54,141 bases of DNA. Origin: a virus. Its lineage: Duplodnaviria > Caudoviricetes. This document shows, one piece after another, positions 19,603 through 29,995 of the stretch. Under the pieces are notes generated by a model. That model was not told where the DNA came from, did no database searches, and saw only the letters and a list, made by a program, of their open reading frames with translations. The DNA lies in the IMG/VR virus record IMGVR_UViG_3300027833_000066, positions 1 to 54,141 of that record, one strand, 5' to 3'. How positions within the stretch are numbered: position 1 is the stretch's first letter; the number at the start of each line of letters is the position of its first letter. A program made the translations under genes and the position numbers.

Positions 19603-20178
19603 ATGACTACTAAAGCAAAAGCTAAAGCTAAACCACACTACGTTAACAACAAAGAGTTTTCTTTGGCTGTTGTCGAATATGTTAGATCTGCAAATGAAGC
19701 AAAGGAAAAAGATCTTGAAGTTCCTAAGGTAACTAATTATGTAGCAACATGCTTCATGAAAATATCTGAAGGACTATCACATAGACCAAACTTTGTTCGA
19801 TATACCTATCGTGAAGAAATGGTAATGGATGGTGTTGAAAACTGTTTAAGAGCAATCAATAATTACAGAATTGAAACTGCTACTAGAACAGGTAACCCTA
19901 ATGCGTTTTCTTATTTTACTCAAATTTGTTACTTTGCGTTTATTAGACGTATCACTAAAGAAAAGAAGCAGCAAGACATTAAGTTTAGATTCATAGAAAG
20001 AATGGGTATTGAAGATTTTGCAGCTATGGGTATGGACTCTAACGGAGCTCAGCAAACTATGGAGTATGTGGATCAGTTGAGACAAAGGATTGATCAGGTT
20101 AGAACCAAGGATGATAAGATCAAAGAGTTTGCTAAGATCGAAAAAGAGAAAGACAAACTAGAATTATTTATGGTATAA
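19603..20178 (+). CDS. gp55: Late transcription sigma factor gp55
   Basis: HYVNNKEF, PNFVRYTYREEMVMDGVENC, NAFSYFTQICYFAFIRRITKEKKQ. Confidence 0.96.
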   Translation: MTTKAKAKAKPHYVNNKEFSLAVVEYVRSANEAKEKDLEVPKVTNYVATCFMKISEGLSHRPNFVRYTYREEMVMDGVENCLRAINNYRIETATRTGNPNAFSYFTQICYFAFIRRITKEKKQQDIKFRFIERMGIEDFAAMGMDSNGAQQTMEYVDQLRQRIDQVRTKDDKIKEFAKIEKEKDKLELFMV

Positions 20179-20184
20179 CCTCCT

Positions 20185-21246
20185 ATGAAAATAGCTATTC
20201 TAAATGACACACATTGCGGTGTCAGAAATTCCTCTGATATATTTTTGAACTATCAAGAAAGATTCTATAGTGAAATCTTTTTTCCATATCTTAAAGAGCA
20301 TGGTATCACTAATATATTACATCTTGGAGATTACTATGAGCACAGAAAGTTTGTCAACTTTAAAGCTCTCCACGCCAATCGTAAGCATTTTCTTGAGCCT
20401 ATGCGTGATATGGGTATCACTATGGATATCATTCCTGGTAACCATGATGTGTATTTTAAGAACACCAATGAACTATGTTCCCTTAAAGAACTTCTTGGAT
20501 ACTTTACTAGCAATGTAAATATCATAATGAAGCCGACGGTTTTAGATTATGATGGCTGTAAAGTTGGGGTATTACCTTGGATTAATAGTGCTAACTATGA
20601 AGAATACACTAAATGGGCTATGTCATGCAAAGCTTCTATCCTTGGTGCTCACCTTGAGCTAAAGGGTTTTGAACTCATGGCTGGTATAACTAATCCACAT
20701 GGAATGAATGCTGATATATTCTCTAGATTTGAAACTGTTTTAACTGGCCATTTTCATACTAAATCGAGTCAAGGCAATGTTCATTACCTTGGAGGTCAAA
20801 TGGAATTCACTTGGTCAGATTGTGATGATCCAAAATACTTTCATGTATTAGATACTGCTGATAGATCAGTTACTCCAGTTCGTAATCCAATCACTATGTT
20901 CAAAAAAATAGTATACGATGATACTAATACTGATTATAGTAATGTCGATGTTAAGCAATATGAAAACATGTTTATTAAGCTAATCGTTGCGGCTAAAAAC
21001 GATTTGTATATGTTTGATAAGTTTGTTGATAAACTTCAAAGTATCGAAACACATGAGTTGAAAATTGCTGAAAGCTTTGAAGAATACCAAGGTGAAAGTG
21101 TTGAAGATAGTAAAGTATCTCTTGAGGATACAACTGAGCTATTAGATTCATATGTCGAAGCTGTAGAGACTGACCTTGATAAAGAGCACATTAAAGTCGA
21201 ATTGAGAAAACTATATACTGAAGCACAAAACTTGGAGGTGGTGTAA
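20185..21246 (+). CDS. gp47: Recombination nuclease gp47 (Mre11/SbcD-like)
   Basis: DTHCG, HLGDY, PGNHD, GHFH metallophosphoesterase motifs. Confidence 0.95.
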   Translation: MKIAILNDTHCGVRNSSDIFLNYQERFYSEIFFPYLKEHGITNILHLGDYYEHRKFVNFKALHANRKHFLEPMRDMGITMDIIPGNHDVYFKNTNELCSLKELLGYFTSNVNIIMKPTVLDYDGCKVGVLPWINSANYEEYTKWAMSCKASILGAHLELKGFELMAGITNPHGMNADIFSRFETVLTGHFHTKSSQGNVHYLGGQMEFTWSDCDDPKYFHVLDTADRSVTPVRNPITMFKKIVYDDTNTDYSNVDVKQYENMFIKLIVAAKNDLYMFDKFVDKLQSIETHELKIAESFEEYQGESVEDSKVSLEDTTELLDSYVEAVETDLDKEHIKVELRKLYTEAQNLEVV

Positions 21247-21533
21247 TGTATCAACAACAACTTGATTTACAATTCCCGCTTACACAACAACTAGGTCTTG
21301 ACTTAGATGTTCCTGTAGATCAGCGACTAAAATTTTACGTTAACGATGATCTGATCACAACAATTGATGGTACCTTTAATAGTGTTGGAACTATGAGTTC
21401 GTATCTTACCGTGAATAATTCAGACGGTGATGAGGCAGCAAGGATAGACGATACAGGCATCAGTCTTAGAATGGAAAACAAATCTTGGCTAAAAACTAAG
21501 GTTGCTAATTGGTTAGGAGTTAAGTACCTATGA
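21246..21533 (+). CDS. Hypothetical protein
   Basis: 95 aa ORF translationally coupled between gp47 and gp46. Confidence 0.7.
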   Translation: MYQQQLDLQFPLTQQLGLDLDVPVDQRLKFYVNDDLITTIDGTFNSVGTMSSYLTVNNSDGDEAARIDDTGISLRMENKSWLKTKVANWLGVKYL

Positions 21534-23245
21534 TACACTTTAAGAGTGTAAGCTGGAAGAATTTTCTTTCTACTGGCTCAGATACAATTAAGATACAACT
21601 TGATAGAACCCCATCAACTCTTATAGTAGGCTCAAATGGAGCTGGCAAATCTACTATGCTAGACGCTCTTTCATATGGATTGTTTGGTAAACCACATCGT
21701 GATATTAAGAAAGATCAATTGATTAATAGTATCAATAAGAAAGGCACTGTGGTTGAAGTTGAGTTTGATGTAGGTAATTCTGAGTTTAAGATCATTCGGG
21801 CTATTCGTCCAGGTAAGTTTGAAATCTGGCAAAACGGCAATCAAATAAATCAAGCTTCTAACGCCCGTGATTTCCAAAAGTACTTAGAGCAAAACATCCT
21901 TAAGTTAAATCATAAATCATTCCATCAGGTTGTAGTTCTAGGAAGTAGTTCTTTTATTCCCTTTATGCAATTACCTACATGGCAGCGTAGAGCAGTTATT
22001 GAAGACTTATTAGATATCAATATATTCTCTAAAATGAATATGCTTCTCAAAGAACGTAATTCTAAAATTAAAGAAGAACTTTCCGAGATCAACCATTCAT
22101 TAGATTTATTTAAAACTAAAATTGAGTCACAGACTAAATACATTAGAAATCTACAAGCTGTTACTAAAGATATGGTTGATAGCAAAGAAGAATCCATAGT
22201 AGACTATAAGGTAGAAATTGAAGGTTTGTTTAAGCAATCTCAGGATCTTGGTCTTAATTTGTCTACATATCTTCAGCATGAAACTGCTAAAAATGCAGAG
22301 TTAAAGAATAGAGAATCTCGTCTAAAATCGTACGACATAAATTTCAAATCAAAAATTAAAGATCTAGTTGAACAATCTAAGTTCTTTGATAATAATGAAC
22401 ATTGTCCTACATGCGACCAAGATATAGATGAAGATATTCGTAATGAAAAGATTAAAGGAATAAAAGCTTCTGCTGCTGAAATACAAAAAGGTATGGCAGA
22501 TCTAAAAATAGAAATGGATCAAAACGATCAGGATTATGCTGATGGTTCTACTAGTATGAATTTTCTATTAGACAAGCAACGTACAATCAATTCTAACAAC
22601 GATAAAATCGGGATTATTCAAAAAGAAATAGATAAGATTCAAAAGGAGATTAAATCTCTAGGAGATTCAGGCGGAGATATTAAAACCGCTAAAACTGAAT
22701 TAGAAGACATGCGTGGGTCAAAGGATTCTATTACTGAAAAGAAACTAGAGTATGTAGAAGAAAGAACTTATAATGAAGTCATTGGAGAAATGTTAAAAGA
22801 CACTGGAATTAAAACTAAAGTCATTAAGCAATATTTGCCAGTGATGAATAAACTTATTAATAGTTATCTTCAAACATTAGATTTTTTTGTAGCATTTCAT
22901 TTAGACGAAGCATTTAATGAAACCATTAGATCAAGACATCGAGATGCATTTAACTACGCATCTTTCTCTGAAGGAGAAAAGCAAAGAATTGATTTATCTT
23001 TGTTGTTTACTTGGCGTCAAATTGCTAAGATGAAAAACTCAGCAGCAACTAATCTTTTGGTTTTAGATGAGACTTTTGATTCTAGCCTTGACGTAGACGG
23101 TGTTGAAAATCTAACCAAGATTTTAAGCACTTTGGAAGAAGGAACAAACGTCTTTATTATATCTCATAAAGGTGATATATTAGAGAACAAATTTAGATCT
23201 AAAATTGAATTCATTAAAGATAGAAACTTTAGCAAAATAAAATAG
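21530..23245 (+). CDS. gp46: Recombination ATPase gp46 (Rad50/SbcC-like)
   Basis: GSNGAGKST, CPTC zinc hook, FSEGEK, LVLDETFD, IISH. Confidence 0.96.
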   Translation: MIHFKSVSWKNFLSTGSDTIKIQLDRTPSTLIVGSNGAGKSTMLDALSYGLFGKPHRDIKKDQLINSINKKGTVVEVEFDVGNSEFKIIRAIRPGKFEIWQNGNQINQASNARDFQKYLEQNILKLNHKSFHQVVVLGSSSFIPFMQLPTWQRRAVIEDLLDINIFSKMNMLLKERNSKIKEELSEINHSLDLFKTKIESQTKYIRNLQAVTKDMVDSKEESIVDYKVEIEGLFKQSQDLGLNLSTYLQHETAKNAELKNRESRLKSYDINFKSKIKDLVEQSKFFDNNEHCPTCDQDIDEDIRNEKIKGIKASAAEIQKGMADLKIEMDQNDQDYADGSTSMNFLLDKQRTINSNNDKIGIIQKEIDKIQKEIKSLGDSGGDIKTAKTELEDMRGSKDSITEKKLEYVEERTYNEVIGEMLKDTGIKTKVIKQYLPVMNKLINSYLQTLDFFVAFHLDEAFNETIRSRHRDAFNYASFSEGEKQRIDLSLLFTWRQIAKMKNSAATNLLVLDETFDSSLDVDGVENLTKILSTLEEGTNVFIISHKGDILENKFRSKIEFIKDRNFSKIK

Positions 23246-23254
23246 GAAGAGATT

Positions 23255-23506
23255 ATGAAAATGATTGGTCGTAACGTTTTAGTTACAGAAGTACAAAAAG
23301 AAGAAACAACACTTGGTGGTATTATATTAACCACAGACATTTCTAGAGCATCTAAACCCGCTTTAGTTTTAGAAGTAGGTCCTGAGGCTACTCACCTGAA
23401 TAAAGGAGAAAGAGTATTCCTTGATTGGACTAAAGCTATGGCAATTGATGTAGATGGCAATAGTGGAGCCATTATTGATATGGAACACATCAAAGCAGTC
23501 TTATAG
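23255..23506 (+). CDS. groES: GroES-like co-chaperonin
   Basis: GRNVLV..EETTLGGIIL..VLEVGP..GERV pattern, 83 aa. Confidence 0.85.
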   Translation: MKMIGRNVLVTEVQKEETTLGGIILTTDISRASKPALVLEVGPEATHLNKGERVFLDWTKAMAIDVDGNSGAIIDMEHIKAVL

Positions 23507-23577
23507 CCCTTATTCTTTTTTGATCTAAGGTTATAACAAAACGGTCTAAATAAAGTGCACTTATTTTCATAAATAGG

Positions 23578-23606
23578 TGTACTTTCGCGTGTAACTATGG
23601 TATAAT
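23578..23606 (+). promoter_or_regulatory. Early sigma70-type promoter
   Basis: TGTACT-17 nt-TATAAT, within ACTATGGTATAAT. Confidence 0.75.
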
Positions 23607-23634
23607 ATACATATATTGAAAGGAAGGATATATT

Positions 23635-25740
23635 ATGTACGCAAACTCAAGTTTACCAAAATTACTCGCTAAAGAGAATATTGACATCCGTCATGGCAAT
23701 TATAAGACTCCATGGTTTGATATCAAGAATCGTGTCCTAGGTTTACCTATGTGGAAAGATATGGGTAAAGACGTATACGATCTATTTGTTGGTCATGAAG
23801 TTGGTCATGCATTGGAGACTCCATTCGAGGGTTGGCATGATAGCCCAGAGAAACTAAAGGGTTGTCCTAGGTCTTATATCAATGTTATTGAAGATGCTAG
23901 GATCGAAAGAAAAATTCAAAGTAGATACCCAGGACTTGTTGGTCCATTCAGTAGAGGCTACAACACATTATTTAACGAAGGATTCTTTGGTGAAATTACA
24001 TCAACGGATTTGGATACACTAATGCTTATCGATAAAATCAATCTACATGCTAAAGTAGGATCTCATATAGATGTCCCATTTAGTGATGAAGAATATGTCT
24101 TTATGGATAGAGCTAATAAGACACAAACCTTTCAAGAAGTTTTAGACTTAGTACGAGATGTTTTAGCTTTTACCGAAGCTCAAATGCCAGAAGAGGAAGA
24201 TGAAGATTCTTCTGACGAGCAAGACCAAGATGATCAGGATACTGAGTCAGATACTCCTCAATACGAAGAAGATGAAAACGGTGATATCCAAATGGATCTT
24301 CCTTCTGGATCAGAGGAAGGCGATACTGAAGAAGATGAAGAGGAAACCCAAGAAGAAGGTGGTGGAGTCTTATCAGAAAATCCTATTCATGAATCAATAA
24401 CTGACACAAACTTTAGAGATGCTGAAAAAGAATTCCTAGAGGGTGAAGAAGGCGATTACGGTATTCAGCAAACATTAGTTTGTGAAGACATAAGCAAATC
24501 AATGTTTGATAAAATCATAATTCCATATGCCACTCTTGCTCTTGATAGAAAAAATAGAATGGCTGAAGGCGGAATGGAAGATACGTATCAACGAATCATA
24601 GAAGGTTATAACTCTTACGTTAAGACTACAAAGCGAAGTGTTGCTATTGCTATCAAAGAGTTTGAAATGAGAAAAGCGGCAACACAATGGGCTAAAGCTA
24701 CTACAGCCAAAACTGGTGTCATTGATGTTAATAAGCTCTTTTCATACAAAACCAATGAAGATATCTTTAAACAAACAACTAGATTGCACGATGGTAAGAA
24801 CCATGGTATGATTATGTTGATTGACTATTCTGGTTCAATGTATGATTCTCTACCTCACGTCATTGATCAGCTTATTCACTTAGTGCTATTTTGCAAAGGT
24901 GTTAACATACCGTTTGATGTTTATGGATTTACTACAACAAACTCAAATGTTCGATGGGAAGATATGATGGATGGTGATATGGATTTAGATAATCTGTCAA
25001 TGCCACTATTAACTTCATCATCATTAAAGAAAGCTGATTTTGAAGATTCTCTTAAGCACTTATACATGAGAACCAAATCTAATAGATACGAGCAAACTTA
25101 CATGATCTCCCAGGCTGAAGACTTTGGTTCTACTCCATTGAATCAAGCTTTGGTCGCAAGTCATCGTTTAATTAGAGAATTCAAAATTAAGAAGCAAATT
25201 GAAAAAATGAATTTAGTAGTTTTCAGTGATGGCGATGCTAATCAAGTTCAAATATATCAGGATAGTGCTCTAAGCGATAAAAAATTATTTACAGCTCCAA
25301 AGTACAAAGGTATCACCTTTGTGATTGATAAGAGAAAAGTACAGGTCGATAGGATGAGTGATACTACAGCACGTTTGCTTGAAAACATCTCTAAGCGATA
25401 TGATACAAATACCATTGGTTTCTTTATGGCTGATGAGAATAGAGATTGGAATCATAAGATTAGCAGCATATCTTATAAGACTAATCAATCTTGGGATGAG
25501 CTAAAAAGAACTGTTAGAAAAGAGTATAACAAAAACAAATGTGTCATAATGAAAAATACTCTTGGTTACAATTCATTCTACTTGATCAAAGGTGGTAATG
25601 CATTAAAGACTGAGGATGATGAGTTCAATGTAACTTCAGATCAAACCAAAAACCAAATGGCTACTGCTTTTAAGAAATTCTCTAAGAGTAAGAAGCAAAA
25701 CAAGGTACTAATGACTTCCTTTGGTAGGGAAGTCGCTTAG
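23635..25740 (+). CDS. Metallopeptidase-like plus vWA domain protein (CobT-like partner of the AAA ATPase)
   Basis: HEVGH and NVIEDARIE at the N-terminus, an acidic linker, and MIDAS elements IDYSGSM, STPL and FSDG. Confidence 0.85.
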   Translation: MYANSSLPKLLAKENIDIRHGNYKTPWFDIKNRVLGLPMWKDMGKDVYDLFVGHEVGHALETPFEGWHDSPEKLKGCPRSYINVIEDARIERKIQSRYPGLVGPFSRGYNTLFNEGFFGEITSTDLDTLMLIDKINLHAKVGSHIDVPFSDEEYVFMDRANKTQTFQEVLDLVRDVLAFTEAQMPEEEDEDSSDEQDQDDQDTESDTPQYEEDENGDIQMDLPSGSEEGDTEEDEEETQEEGGGVLSENPIHESITDTNFRDAEKEFLEGEEGDYGIQQTLVCEDISKSMFDKIIIPYATLALDRKNRMAEGGMEDTYQRIIEGYNSYVKTTKRSVAIAIKEFEMRKAATQWAKATTAKTGVIDVNKLFSYKTNEDIFKQTTRLHDGKNHGMIMLIDYSGSMYDSLPHVIDQLIHLVLFCKGVNIPFDVYGFTTTNSNVRWEDMMDGDMDLDNLSMPLLTSSSLKKADFEDSLKHLYMRTKSNRYEQTYMISQAEDFGSTPLNQALVASHRLIREFKIKKQIEKMNLVVFSDGDANQVQIYQDSALSDKKLFTAPKYKGITFVIDKRKVQVDRMSDTTARLLENISKRYDTNTIGFFMADENRDWNHKISSISYKTNQSWDELKRTVRKEYNKNKCVIMKNTLGYNSFYLIKGGNALKTEDDEFNVTSDQTKNQMATAFKKFSKSKKQNKVLMTSFGREVA

Positions 25741-25810
25741 TGACTAGTTATGAGAAACGGGTCACACTTTAGTGAAAATAAATGAAAATAATGATGTACA
25801 AACCTATGAT

Positions 25811-25858
25811 ACTATGGTATAATAGTCTTATAAACTGATAAGGAACTATATTATGAAA
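25811..25858 (+). repeat. 48-bp early promoter-RBS-ATG cassette, copy 1 (-35 TGTACA at 25795-25800)
   Basis: ACTATGGTATAATAGTCTTATAAACTGATAAGGAACTATATTATGAAA; one mismatch to copies 2 and 3. Confidence 0.9.
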
Positions 25859-26983
25859 ATCTCAACTCAAAACATTCTTACTGAACTGGCTACTAAATAT
25901 CCAGATCAAATCCATTTTCGAAAGAATATAATCGAAAGTACAGCCAAAAGCATGGGTTATACTGGCAAAGACTTTGTACCGTTGTTAGATACTAGAGTTA
26001 AAATTGGTACATACAGCTTAGAAGCTCAACTTAAATCAATTTCACAAAGGGTTATTCCTACTATCGCTAAGCCTGAAAACATTGCTAAAATGCAATCAAT
26101 TGTTAACGAAGAAAAAACCTTTGCTAAACTAGATCCAACGTTTGTACCTTGGGGTGCTTACTCGGATATCGTTAAAATGGTTAAGTCTGAAATGTTCTTT
26201 CCCATTTACATTAGTGGTCTATCAGGTAATGGTAAAACATTCATGGTAGAGCAAGCTTGTTCAAAACTAAATAGGGAGTTCATTCGTGTTCAAATCAATC
26301 CAGAAACAGATGAAGACGATCTCATCGGAGGCTTTAGACTTATTAATGGAGAAACAGTATTCTCTAAGGGACCAGTTCTCAAGGCAATGGAAAACGGCGC
26401 AATCTTATTGCTCGACGAAATTGATCGTGCTACAAATAAGATTATGTGTCTACAAGGTATACTTGAAGGTAAGCCTGTTCTCGTTAAGAAAACGGGTGAA
26501 ACAATTTCTCCTAAAGCTGGCTTCAATGTTATAGCCACGGCTAATACAAAAGGCAAAGGCTCTGAGGATGGAAGGTTTACTGCTGCTTCGATTATTGATG
26601 AAGCTTTCTTAGAAAGATTTACCGTTGCTATTGATCAACAGTTCCCTTCTCCGTCAATCGAAACAAAGATCCTTAATAACCATATGACTAAATTTGGTGT
26701 AGAGGATACAGACTTCGTAGAGAAACTTATTACATGGGCTGACATTATTCGTAAGACGTTTTACGACGAAGGTGTTGATGAAGTTATTTCAACTCGTAGG
26801 TTATGTCACATTGCTCAAACCTTCTCAATTTTCAATAATAGAACGAAAGCAATAGATCTATGTATCGCAAGGTTTGATGAAGATACTAAATCTGCTTTCT
26901 TAGATCTATACAGCAAAGTTGATGATGGGGTAGTAACTATAGATGGTACAAATGAAACAACACAGGAAGCTTCATATGAGTAA
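25853..26983 (+). CDS. MoxR/CobS-like AAA+ ATPase
   Basis: GLSGNGKT, LLLDEID, ATANTKG, AFLERF, ISTRRL. Confidence 0.92.
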   Translation: MKISTQNILTELATKYPDQIHFRKNIIESTAKSMGYTGKDFVPLLDTRVKIGTYSLEAQLKSISQRVIPTIAKPENIAKMQSIVNEEKTFAKLDPTFVPWGAYSDIVKMVKSEMFFPIYISGLSGNGKTFMVEQACSKLNREFIRVQINPETDEDDLIGGFRLINGETVFSKGPVLKAMENGAILLLDEIDRATNKIMCLQGILEGKPVLVKKTGETISPKAGFNVIATANTKGKGSEDGRFTAASIIDEAFLERFTVAIDQQFPSPSIETKILNNHMTKFGVEDTDFVEKLITWADIIRKTFYDEGVDEVISTRRLCHIAQTFSIFNNRTKAIDLCIARFDEDTKSAFLDLYSKVDDGVVTIDGTNETTQEASYE

Positions 26984-27260
26984 AATTGAATACAAGTTTA
27001 GAGAAGATGAATTGATTGCTGAGTTTAGCGATTATATTAATCAAACTTATGGAGGTCACTATGGACAAGGTGGCCTTCAATCATCTGAAGTAATCATTGA
27101 CCGTGGTCATGGCATTGGTTTCTTCTTAGGAAACGTAGACAAATACAATGGTCGCTATGGAAAGAAAGGTGAAACACCTGACGACTATCGTAAAGATTTG
27201 ATGAAAATCATTCACTACGGTTTCTTAGCATTGTTTGAACATGACCGCAAAAATAAATGA
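26976..27260 (+). CDS. Conserved phage protein (DUF3310-like); start revised from 26943
   Basis: TYGGHY..FFLGNVDKYNGRYGKKG..DLMKIIHY. Confidence 0.7.
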   Translation: MSKIEYKFREDELIAEFSDYINQTYGGHYGQGGLQSSEVIIDRGHGIGFFLGNVDKYNGRYGKKGETPDDYRKDLMKIIHYGFLALFEHDRKNK

Positions 27261-27269
27261 AAATAACAG

Positions 27270-27298
27270 TGTACACAGCTCAAAAAGTGTGTTATAAT
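27270..27298 (+). promoter_or_regulatory. Early/middle promoter for gp45
   Basis: TGTACA-17 nt-TATAAT, preceded by AAATAAATGAAAATAA. Confidence 0.85.
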
Positions 27299-27327
27299 AT
27301 ATCTTATTATACAGGAACAGGAACTTT

Positions 27328-27993
27328 ATGAAAATCTCAAATGCAACAATTAACATCTTAAAAAACTATGCAGGAATAAACTCGAATTTAGTGTTTAAAC
27401 CTGGGAAGTCTTTGAAGACAATCGCCGAAGCAAAAACAATTATGGCTTCCGCTTCGATTATCGAAGACTTCCCAGTCGAATTCGGGGTCTATGATCTCAA
27501 TGAATTCTTATCTTTATTTAGTCTTATGGATGAACCATCATTGGAGTTCAGTGAAAAGTATTTAACTATGACTGATGGCTCTCAAAAGATCAAGTACTTC
27601 TATTCGGAAATTGATATTCTTACTCAACCAACTAAAGATATCAACATGCCTGAATGTGAAGTTGTATTGGATATCTCAGCTGAAAATATGGATAAGATCC
27701 GAAAAGCAGCTGCAGTTCTTGGTCATTCTGAACTAGCGTTTACTTGTACAGGCGAGGACGTTACAGCTTCAGTCTTTAACGAGAAAGATGCTACTGCGAA
27801 TACCTTTGATATCAACTTAGGTATCGCAAATGATAACACGTTTAACTACGTCTTTAGTATCTCTAATTTGAGAATGCTACAAGGCAACTATACAGTTTCG
27901 ATCTCCTCTAAGCTTATATCTAACTGGCGTCATGCTGATGATCCATTAGATTATTTTATTGCTTTAGAGAAATCGTCAAAGTTTGGTGTATAA
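27328..27993 (+). CDS. gp45: Sliding clamp gp45
   Basis: ILKNYAGINSNL, FGVYDLNEFL, YFIALE. Confidence 0.95.
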   Translation: MKISNATINILKNYAGINSNLVFKPGKSLKTIAEAKTIMASASIIEDFPVEFGVYDLNEFLSLFSLMDEPSLEFSEKYLTMTDGSQKIKYFYSEIDILTQPTKDINMPECEVVLDISAENMDKIRKAAAVLGHSELAFTCTGEDVTASVFNEKDATANTFDINLGIANDNTFNYVFSISNLRMLQGNYTVSISSKLISNWRHADDPLDYFIALEKSSKFGV

Positions 27994-28105
27994 ATAATTA
28001 TGCACAAAGAGAATTATACCTTGTTATGTTTATATAATAGGGATAATATGGAGATTGCCGAATTGTCGGGATCTCTTAAATTAGTCTAAAACCCGGAGAA
28101 ATATT
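27989..28105 (+). promoter_or_regulatory. Late promoter (27989-27996) and structured 5' leader
   Basis: TATAAATA followed by hairpins at 28013-28047 and 28051-28075. Confidence 0.6.
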
Positions 28106-28354
28106 ATGACTGAAGAAGTAACTCAAGCTCAAGAAGAGCAAGTACAATTGTCCCTACAGGACATCGCAACATGTGTACAGGTAATCGATATCTGTTCAAA
28201 GCGCGGTGGATTTGAAGGCCAAGAAATGGAAGCCGTTGGCGGTCTTCGTAATCGGATCGTTAAGTTCCTTGAAGCAAACAAGCCAGCAGAAGGTGAAGCA
28301 CCTGTAACAGGTTCTGTTCCAGAAGTAGAAGCTGAAGTAGAAGCTGAAGCTTAA
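28106..28354 (+). CDS. Hypothetical protein
   Basis: GGAG RBS; IDICSKRGGF..EMEAVG; acidic tail. Confidence 0.75.
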   Translation: MTEEVTQAQEEQVQLSLQDIATCVQVIDICSKRGGFEGQEMEAVGGLRNRIVKFLEANKPAEGEAPVTGSVPEVEAEVEAEA

Positions 28355-28370
28355 ATTGTATTAGCTTAAC

Positions 28371-28400
28371 GCGAGGGTAGCTCCCTCGTATTCTTATTAT
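28371..28400 (+). terminator. Probable intrinsic terminator
   Basis: GCGAGGG-TAGCT-CCCTCGT followed by a T-rich run. Confidence 0.65.
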
Positions 28401-28425
28401 TTAATTTTATTATGAAGGATTTATT

Positions 28426-28683
28426 ATGGATCGTAACGAATGTTCACGTCTGATTGAAGCATTACTAAAAGGTACAGTTACTGTAACCTTTCAAAAAATT
28501 GACTCTGATGAAGTAAGAGTCATGCCTTGTACCCTCAACCCTACTGTTTTAGAAGCCAATAATCAAGCTATTGTAGTTGATAAAATTGACGCTGAATCTC
28601 ATCACTTGGCTGTATGGTCTCTTGATAAAGATGCATGGAGATCATTCCGTGTTAATACTGTTCTTGGTTGGGAGGTACTTTAA
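28426..28683 (+). CDS. WYL/SH3-like small protein
   Basis: VTFQKIDSDEVRVMPCTL...DKDAWRSFR. Confidence 0.75.
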   Translation: MDRNECSRLIEALLKGTVTVTFQKIDSDEVRVMPCTLNPTVLEANNQAIVVDKIDAESHHLAVWSLDKDAWRSFRVNTVLGWEVL

Positions 28684-29618
28684 TGTCTGAGTTTCTTTGG
28701 GTTGAAAAATATCGTCCACAGACAATTCAAGACTGTGTTTTACCAATTTCAATTAAGAAAACTTTTGAAGATATTGTTAAAGGAGGTGACCTACACAATA
28801 TGCTTCTTGCCGGCACGGCCGGTCTTGGTAAAACTACAGTTGCGAAAGCACTGTGTAACGAACTTGATCTAGATTATTTACTAATCAATGGATCCGAAGA
28901 GTCTGGGATTGACACGTTACGTACTAAGATAAAGCAATTCGCAAGTTCTGTTTCTCTTCAAGGTGGCTACAAAGTAGTCATCTTGGATGAGGCAGATTAT
29001 CTTAATGCGCAATCTACTCAACCAGCATTACGTGGGTTTATCGAAGAATTCTCTGGCAATTGCCGGTTTATTATGACATGCAACTTTAAGAATCGTATTA
29101 TAGAACCATTACATTCTCGTTGCACTACTATCGATTTTAATGTTTCAAAGAAAGACAGTGTTAAGCTATGTGGTCAATTTTTACAGCGTTGTACACATAT
29201 CCTTGATACCGAAGGTGTTACATATGATGAACGCGTAGTTGCTGAAGTCATTATGAAACACATGCCAGATTGGCGTAAAGTTCTAAATGAATTGCAGCGT
29301 TATGGCTCAAGTGGTACTATTGATACTGGTATTCTAGTGTCTTTATCTGAAGTTTCTTTGAATGATCTTATGATCTTCTTAAAAGAAAAGAACTTCAAAT
29401 CTATGCGACAGTGGGTTTCAAATAATATTGATTCTGAACCTGCCGCAATATATCGAAAAATCTATGACAATATGACTTCCTATGTTGAACCATCAAGTTT
29501 ACCACAACTCGTGCTTATTCTTGCTGATTATCAATATAAGAATTCTTTTGTTGCAGATCATGAGTTAAATACTGTAGCGTGTTTAACTGAAATCATGGCC
29601 GGGGTTTCATTCAAATGA
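28683..29618 (+). CDS. gp44: Clamp loader large subunit gp44
   Basis: LWVEKYRP, GTAGLGKTT, ILDEAD, HSRC; start taken at MSEFLW. Confidence 0.96.
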   Translation: MSEFLWVEKYRPQTIQDCVLPISIKKTFEDIVKGGDLHNMLLAGTAGLGKTTVAKALCNELDLDYLLINGSEESGIDTLRTKIKQFASSVSLQGGYKVVILDEADYLNAQSTQPALRGFIEEFSGNCRFIMTCNFKNRIIEPLHSRCTTIDFNVSKKDSVKLCGQFLQRCTHILDTEGVTYDERVVAEVIMKHMPDWRKVLNELQRYGSSGTIDTGILVSLSEVSLNDLMIFLKEKNFKSMRQWVSNNIDSEPAAIYRKIYDNMTSYVEPSSLPQLVLILADYQYKNSFVADHELNTVACLTEIMAGVSFK

Positions 29619-29995
29619 ACCCTTTTGATTACTTAAATGCAATTAACACAACCAAGAAAGATATTATGGTTGATGAACTTGCTGAAAAAAGCTACTCGCC
29701 ATATATGGTAAACCGTGGGTTATCGTATTTCCCTGATACTATTTTATACGCTAACGAAATGAACAAAAACCATCACATTGATCATCGTCTTCAATTCGAT
29801 TTTTTTATAAATATAATAAGGAAAAAGAAAAGATTCTCTAAATGGGCTAAGCCCGCTGAAATAGAAAATCTAGATGTCATCAAAGAATATTATGGTTATA
29901 GTAATGAAAAAGCTAAATCTGTATTATCGCTATTTTCTGATGGTCAAATTGAAACGTTAAAATTGAGGATGTATAAAGGTGGAAAACGAAAATAA
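29615..29995 (+). CDS. gp62: Clamp loader small subunit gp62
   Basis: PYMVNRGLS, ANEMN, KEYYGYSNEKA. Confidence 0.94.
   Translation: MNPFDYLNAINTTKKDIMVDELAEKSYSPYMVNRGLSYFPDTILYANEMNKNHHIDHRLQFDFFINIIRKKKRFSKWAKPAEIENLDVIKEYYGYSNEKAKSVLSLFSDGQIETLKLRMYKGGKRK

Noticed and set aside
25853-26983. Cobalamin biosynthesis auxiliary gene (cobS)
   Set aside because: Only generic MoxR AAA motifs are present and there are no other cob genes in the window.
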